From Solobacterium sp. UBA1789 (GTDB lineage Bacteria > Bacillota_I > Bacilli_A > Erysipelotrichales > Erysipelotrichaceae), in assembly GCA_002314515.1 (NCBI GenBank), contig DCGB01000045.1, forward strand, positions 9,008 to 39,086: DNA of 30,079 nt. The letters run 5' to 3'. The position numbers were made by a program, and so were the translations under genes. Shown here piece by piece: positions 18,701-27,700 of this stretch (positions are counted from its first letter, which is position 1; each line of letters begins with the position of its first letter). Below the pieces are notes generated by a model. The model was not told where the DNA came from. It made no database searches and saw only the letters and a program-made list of their open reading frames with translations.

Positions 18701-21700
18701 AGCATAAGTATTAACAAGAGCCTTCTTGTCATCATCTGTTGTTAACAGACTTAATTCATCAGCAAACTTAGCAACCTTGGCATTAACAGTCTTATAAGCC
18801 TCAGCCTTGAACTCTGCCAATACAGCCTCATCAGCAAACTTAGCAGCAGCAATCATCTTATTGACTGTATTATTCAAGTTATCTAATTCAGTCAACTGAG
18901 TACCATATGCCTTCTGATAAGCAGTCTGAGCAGCAGTCAAATCCTTATTAGCCTTATCTAATTCAGCCTTAACTTCACTCTTGGAACTATAAGTTGCACG
19001 TAAAGCAGCACTAAGGATATCAGCATATTCCTTATCCAGGTTAGCGCCATTGTAGAACAATTCGTTAACTAATTCTGTCTTATCTCTTTCACCAAAGATG
19101 TAAGAAGAATCATTGTTAGCAACATATTCATCATTGACATATAACAGATAAGTTACAATAGCAAGCTTGTCGCTATTAGTTAATTCTGTAGATTCAATAC
19201 CAGCCTTGAATGCCTTACGATATTCACCAGCTTCATCAAACATGAAGTCACCAAATACCAGACCTTCATTTAATGGATTAGCTTCAAATTCAGCCTTATC
19301 CAACTCATATTGAGCATACTGTTCATCATAAGCAGCCTGATATGCAGCCTTAATAGCCTTAGCCAAAGCGCTGGAATTCAGAACGCTTGAAGCCTTCAGT
19401 AAATCAGCAACATTTTCTGCTTCAAGAGCCTTATTGTTATTAGTTAAAGTAATCAGATCTTCATAATCTTTTACATAATTATAGAAGTTCTTCTTAGTAG
19501 CGGTATCAGCGGCATTATCACCAAGGTGATCAATCATCCACTGAGCCAGCTTTTCATTAGTATCCAGATCGAACAGACTAATGAAGTACTGTACATCGCT
19601 GTAACCCAGGAAATTCAGAGCAGTCTTGTTATTAAGAGCTAAATTAATACCCTCAATACCAACACCATTTGTATTGAAATACTGATAAATATCCCAAGGA
19701 ATCTGCTTCTGAGCATCGATATAGAAGCTGTTAACCAAAGTAACAACTGGCTTAACAGTATCAGGAACATCGATATACATCCACTTAGCAGTATTACCAA
19801 TATTGCGACCAGCTGTCAAAGTCAGAGTAGAAGTCTTAGCATTCTTCTTATCATATGTTGTCTCATCATAAGTGATAGCAGCATGTTGTTCCTTGCCCTC
19901 GACATCAGTCTGATGTAACAGATCGATATTATTGTTAGCAGCTAAAGTAACATTTGAAATACCAGAAACATTAACCTTATCAAACAATAAACTACCATCT
20001 AAGCTATCAAGAGTAATATCACTATGTTCAACATTAACCAGTGAAATCTCAATATTCTTAGAAGCAACTATCTTTAATGTTGAATCAGAAACATCAATTG
20101 TACGTAACTTGATTTCCTTAACCTTAGTATCCAAGCCTGAGCTTAAGAAACCACCATCATTAGAAGTCAGATTTACAACTGAACCCTTGTTAACGATTAA
20201 TGGAGTATTGAAGCGAACTTCTGGATCATAGTCAGCATAATCAACATTCTTGGCATTATCGATAACGATATCGCCAGCGATATTTGCATCAACGATAGAA
20301 TTAGTAATAATCCAATCGTAACTTAATAATTTACCTCTGATTGTAGCATCGCCATCAACCTTAGCATGAGTCTTCATAACCAACTTATTCTCAAGCTTCA
20401 AAGTTGGATTGCTTGTATTGCTCATGAACAGCTTGTCGATAGCAATATTACCCATAGCATCAACAACAACATCGTTACCCTTGCCTGTTGCCTCAGCACC
20501 TAAAGTAATACTTACATCAGGAATAATTACATTACCATTTGTAGAATATAGCTTAACAATATTACCAGTATCATTGTGGATTGACAGAGAATCCATTGTA
20601 ATATCATCTTCAACATTGATAATCAATGTAGAACCATTACCTACTTCAATTGAAGGTTTATCAGGATCGGTATTAATTACATTGAATCCACCATGGTAAG
20701 ACAGAATATTAGCCTCACCCTGATTAACAATCTGAAGAGTCTTAACTGTAATCTGACCATCAGAAGTGAATTCCAGATATGAACCTGGTTCAGCACTACC
20801 AGAAACTGGCTTACCATTAACGATAATATCATCGAATGTAATCAGACCCTGACCATCGCCAGTACCCAGAGCAAGAACTCTGAACTTGGCATCAGCCTGT
20901 AATGTAACATTCAAACCAGTAACACTACCATTCAAAGCAATGATATCGAAAGAACCGCCCTCTAAGATGACAATGTTCTTTTCGAACTGCATGTTAGTAT
21001 CCTTAACTTCGATAGACTGACTACCAGAATAGTATGAAGTATCATCATTAACAGTATTTCTGTTAACTAAATTACCAGTTCCACTAGTGAACTTATACTC
21101 GATACCATCAGTAGCGCCAGCACCATACTTATTAAGAATAGTTTCAAGAACTGTATTGTTCTTATCATCCTTAGAAGCAGTCAAAGTATCATATACGTTA
21201 TGCAATGAAATGATATTGTCGGTAATTCCATTAGTATCATTAGCATCACTTAACTCATAGTAACCGCCATCATACCAGAAGAATACTTCAGCCTTCTTAG
21301 ACTCCAGCTTATTGATATCATAACGATTCTGACTTTCTTCAGTTGACTTAACCTTAGCCATACTGAAAGTAGTACCTACAGCTTCAACCGGACTAATTTC
21401 TTCGTTTTCATAATTATACTTAGCAACACCATTTTCATATAAACGACAACCATTAGCTGTAATTTCATATAAAGTAGTGCCCTCAGCATTATTGATTAAT
21501 GTAGAAGTACCAGAAACCTGCTTAGTAGCCAAATTCCAGGTATTTACATAATTATTTGTAGTCAAGTAATAGTAATTACCAGCAGCATCCTTGGCAATTT
21601 CATCTAATACTTTTTCAAGCTTCAATGGTCTGTCAGTTAAAGTAACAGTTGTGCCATCGCCACTGACTGTACTTGAACCATTTGCACCATAATTAGTAGT

Positions 21701-24700
21701 AATATCACCATCAACAGTTTCAATATACTGAAGACCATTTAACTTAGTATAAACTTTGCCATCTTTGCCAACAGCAACAGTTTCAGTGACATTATAAATG
21801 TTATTAATAGCAGGTAAGTAAATTACTCTACTTACACGCTTAGAAGCAACAGCATCCTGAGCATCGTCTGGCAATTCAGCAATTGCAAAGACATCATCAC
21901 CATACTGGTTGAAATAGAAGTAACCATATGTTTCGTTGTTGTAAACAGTTACTGTCTGATCCTTACCCTTGATTGTTACATCTAATGAATAAGTACCATC
22001 ACCATTATCAACAGCCTCATCAGGAAGTTCAGCTAACTTTGTAATATTAGCATAGTAATCACCTGCATCAGTAACATCGATTCTGATCTTAACAGAAGTT
22101 TCCTTAACTGTAACAGAAGCACTATACTTATGATCTTCGCCTTCTACCTTTTCAGCATCTTCAGGTAATTCTTCAATATAGTGAATATTGCCATCTTCTG
22201 TTGTATAGTCATACTTCTTGATAACTTCCTTATAGATATCCTTCTCAAGATCTAAAGTTACTGTAGCGATATAGTAACAGCCATCTTCTTCAACAACATA
22301 TACAGCACCTTCAGGAAGTTCATCTAAGTAATTAGTTGTTCCTTCATGACCATCTCTTGGATCTGCAAATTTGAAGCGACCAGTTTCTTTGACAAATACA
22401 TCAACAGTGACATCTTCATCAGCTAATTTAGTTGTCTTTGTCCAGTAACCATTTTCTGTATCTTCTGTATAACCATCTAAAGAATCAACAGTGACATGGC
22501 TGACACCATCTTCACCCAACTTATAGTAAGCATCTGCATCTTTAGAAATTGTAATATTGACATCGACATTCTGAGTTTGCTTGATAGTATAAGTATTTTC
22601 TTCGCTACCCTCAACTGCATCCTCAGGAAGTTCATCTAATTCAACAAGCTTAGTACCTTCTTTATAGTAGAACTTGCCTTCAACTTCATAGATAGTAACA
22701 TCTACTTCCTGTTCAACAGTGATAGTTGCACTATACTGACCTTCACCAATTGACTGAGCATTAGCTGGAAGATCGATAGCAACCTTATCGTCACCATCCA
22801 TGTAGTAATAAGTATCAGCTTCCTTACGAACGATCTCAAGCTTAACTGGGCTAATAGTAACAGTGCCACTATAAGCCTTCTTCAGAGAATCATAAACAGC
22901 ATCAGTAGGAAGTTTAATTTCTACTTCTTCACCATCAGCATTGATATAGTAATATGAAGTCTTAGTGCTTTCGATAATTACTGAATGGTCTTTCTGACCT
23001 ACAACAACTTTCTCGGCAACTAAACCAGATTCATCATCTGTGTCATCAACAATACCTTCTGGTAAATCAATATACTTCTTGACAGTTTCTTCTTCGTCTT
23101 CGAAGTAGTAGTAATGATTTTCAATTTCTTCATTGATAGTTACATCTTCTTCTTCAGTGCTTACAACAACTGAACCAACATAATATGTAATTTCATTACT
23201 TAATGTATTTAATGTAACAAGACCACCAATGATTGTTGTAGTATCATTACCTTCAGCATCCTTGGCATATTCATAGAATACACGGTAGTCGCCATATTCA
23301 GTTACATCGCAGTTAGCAATACGATATACAGGAGTATCAACATACTTCTTATCATTATCAACATCCTGCATTACGCTCTTGATAACAGTTAATGCGTAGT
23401 ATGAAGTTGAACCACTGCCTTCAATATCCTGGTTCTTATGCTGACTTGGACCAACCTTAGTATATGAATGACCAACAGATTCTTCGTCAGAAGTACTTCC
23501 ATTAGTTAGTATATAATCTGTCTTTCTAGTACCTGCACTGGCAACATCAGCGCTGATATACCATTCTTCGTCATCGTCATCATAATAATAATGAACAGAA
23601 TATAATCCTAAGTATTCGATATCGTTATAAGCCATCAGAATAACATTCTGAGTATAGTGTTTATCAGAGTTGTAATTAACTGTTAACTTATAGAACTTAA
23701 CCTTAGAATCTAATAATGAAAGATCTGGAAGTTCTTCAGTATTGTTGTAATAATTTCCGAAGCCACCATTCTTCAGGTTATACTTAGCAGTACCATTCAT
23801 TAGGATGCTAAGAATAATTTCACAATCATTCTCGTTTTGTCTATCTAATTCAGATGCATATTCTAATGTACCCCAAGTGCCATTTTTACATACTTCAACT
23901 ACATAATTAACATAGTCATAGATATGATTAACATTAGTACCATCTGATAGACCCTTAGTCTTTAACAGCTTAATCTGTTCAGCAGTCAGATAAACAGTGA
24001 AGTCGCTAGAGAAGCCCTCTTCAACCTCAAGCTTACCCAATGTGTAATCAAATGAAGCATAATATGTATAACCATCAACTACATCAGTAGCCAGAATAAC
24101 TCTATTAGTAGTCTCCTCACCAAAGAGCATTCTCTGATACAATTCATAACCATTGAATGAAACAACCTTGTCATTTTCATCCAAAATCAGAATTGAATTA
24201 TCAGGCAATACATACATCTTATTGCCATCATCATCAACTTCCTTGAAGTAACGCTCTAAAGCAGCACCCTTCAAAGCAACACTATCATTACCAGTGCCAT
24301 CAACATATACTAGACCTGTCTCAGGTGTAGCAACACAGACACCACCAGCCTCAGGTGTGTAATTAATTCTTCTTGGATCAGACATATGGATATCAAGAAC
24401 ACCATCTGTAGAGATATCACCAAGAATAATTCTGCCATCAACAGCCTTATTTGAACTTGCAGCAGTTAAAGTATACATTCTATTTACTTCAACCAGAATT
24501 GGTTCAAAGAAGACATCACCACTAGCTGTAGCAGTAATACCAGGATTAACATTATTGTGCTTGCACATAAATACCTGGAAATAAGTATTATTCTTCTGCT
24601 CAGCCATCTTACCTAAGGCGATAGAATATTCATCTTCTGAATAATATTCATTAGTAGAAGTACCAATATTCTTGGCATTAGTAATATTTAACTTAACAGT

Positions 24701-27700
24701 CCATAATGGAGTAATCTTATTACCTTCAACAGTGATATAAGAAGCAAGTAAATTACCAGCACCATTGATCCAGTTGATATTAGTTGAACCATGTTCATTG
24801 GCAACAACATTACCGAATAATAAATCACCACCATTATAAGAATCAATCTTAATTGAACTTGGAAGTTCTGGAGAAATCTTATTAACTTTTCCAAATTTAG
24901 CAGCATACATCTTAGGCTCGCCATTAGCTGTGTTCATATCAATTGCACACAGAACAGTTGTACCAGGGAAGTATGTATCAATCTCTAACTTAGAACCATC
25001 ATAGTAGTTAACAACAGCCTTGCTTAAGTCAACGCCGGCAGCAGATAAAGTACCTGTTCCTCTTGGAATCATCTTGCCATTTAAGACAACCTTATCAGCA
25101 CTAACAGAAGAAGAAATCTTACCTAATAAACCAGTCTGATAGATCTTACCATTTTCATCGATACCAACCTTAGCACCAACAGCAGCACCACCGATTTCAA
25201 ATACAGAACCAGAATCAGCATTTACAGTATTGCCATTAACAACACCATAACGAGTATTAACATCCTTGACTGCAAAGATTGAAACCTTTGTACCCTTAGA
25301 AGACTGACTTACACCACCATTGAAAGCAGTAGAATTTAAGGAAACATTATAACCTCTAACAGTAGAATTAGAAATTAAAGATGTGCTATTTACTGTGCCA
25401 TCAACAGCAGCTGTAGATTCAATATAACCAGCAAGTGAAACCATTACAGCCTTAGCCTTAGTCTCAATATTCGTACCACCCTTAGATGGAGTTGAACTAG
25501 TTAAGATACTAGCATTGTTATAAGCTGTAACTTCTGACTTGTTAACAATATTGACCTGATTAATAAATGCTAAATTAAATCTTGCCTGAGCGAAACCAGC
25601 ACCACCAGCAGCAACTAACTTAGAATAAGCATTAGCATACAGATAAAGTTCCTTAATCTGAGAAGCAATATTAACATTTGTAGCTCTAACCTTAGAACCA
25701 CTAACAGTAACAACACCACTCAATACAGCAACATTATCATAAACATTGGCAGTAGGTGAACCACCTAAACCACCAGCTGAGAAGTCACCATTTACATATG
25801 AACCACTCTCAGAAACATTAGTCATCAGATTTAATGTACCGAAATCAGCATTTAACTGTGAACCCTCAACACTTAATTTACCAGAATTGACTAACTCAGT
25901 CTTAGCATGAGCACCACCAATACCAACTAAACCAACAGAAGAACCATCAGCTGCAGTATAGATACGATCTTTGCGACCAATTTCCAGAATGATATTCAAA
26001 TTACCAAAACGGGCATTAACAGTAGCATTGTTGATCTTCAGATTAACATTTCTACCAATAGTCTGAGTAGCAGTTAATGAACCACCAGAGAAGATACCAC
26101 CAGAATTAGCATTTGTATGAGCAGATGCATTTGCATTAACATCTGTAGAAATATTGATATTATCATGAGCCTTTACAACTGCATTCTTATCAACATATAC
26201 TTCACAATTCTGTGTAATATAGTTCAAAGCAGCCTTGAAATCAGCACTAACCAGGATACCACAGCCATCACCATTAACAAGTGAATTTGCATTAGCTGTA
26301 TTAATAGCCTTGATTGTTACGCTACCATTCTTAGACTCAACATAAGCATTAGCAGCTACATAAGCATCAGTACGATATGTACTTACAGTAGTTACATTAT
26401 TTGAGCTGATAGAAATACCAGAAATCTTGAAGCCAGCAGTTAACTTAGCCTCAATTGTACCGACATTTTCAGCAACGATTGAAATATCACCATTTGCGAT
26501 TAACTTGGCATTTGCAGCAACATATGCCTTAACAGTCTGAGCAGCAGCATCACCGATAAAGGCAATGACATCATTACCAGAACCAGAAACCAGTGAAACA
26601 CTGACACCAGAAGCACATTCTGTATAAGAAGTAGTCTTGCTCTGAGCCTTAACATCAGCTGAACCATTCAGATCCAAAGTGAAGGCATTACCATTACCAA
26701 CATGAGCATAAACCTGATCATAGCAATCTGATAATGCATATGAACCACAGACACTGGCAACAGAAACACTAACCGGCTTCAAAGCAATTGCATTAGCACT
26801 TGTATTAGACTTAGCCAAAACCTTAGCTTTCAATGCCTTAACAACTGCACCATTGTAACCAGCAATATAAGCATTGTTATAAGTAGCAGTAAAGGCCTTA
26901 GCAATATTAACACTACCCTCAACCAGTGATAAGCTGACACCCTCACTATTACCAACCTTGGCATAAGACTGACCATCTAATGTAGAAGTAACATCCAGGT
27001 TACCACCGATAACCATATCTTTACCGAAGTTAGTAAATGCCTGCTGAGAAGCCATACTGTATGTCAACAGATGATTAGCAGCAGCATCAACCAAGGAAAT
27101 GCTTACTGTATACTTCAGAACATCAGCTAAAGCAACAGAATCACCAACAGTCTTAACAACAACATTACCCTTGATATTACCAGAACCGGCATTGATCAGA
27201 TAAGAATTAGCAGCAGACTGTGTATAAGCTCTAGCAATATTGACACTGACAGAAGCGACACTTAAAGAAACGCCACCACCAATTGGACCAGTTACAGAAT
27301 AAGCCTTAGTTCTATAACCACTTCCAATATAAATGTTTCTAGCTTCAATATTTGAATTAGAATTTGTTGAATTAACACCAGCCTCATATGTGCCTCTTGC
27401 GAAAGCCTTAACATAAGTAACACCGGCATTAACAGCACTTACGCTAACAGTAGGCTGACAAACCTGAGTATCAGCATAAGAATTTGCGAATGTATTGATA
27501 TAGATATCTTCGCTGGTCTTAGGGCTTGCACCATATAATACAGCTCTAACAACAGAACTTGAATAAGCTAAACCAATATTAGCAGCAAGCTTGAATCCAC
27601 TGACAGAAACAAGAGGAGCACCAACTAAAGCGAAGGCACCATAGTTATTATTAGCTGAAGGAGTTGTAACATCAGCGCTTTCAGAATTGTTATTAACATT

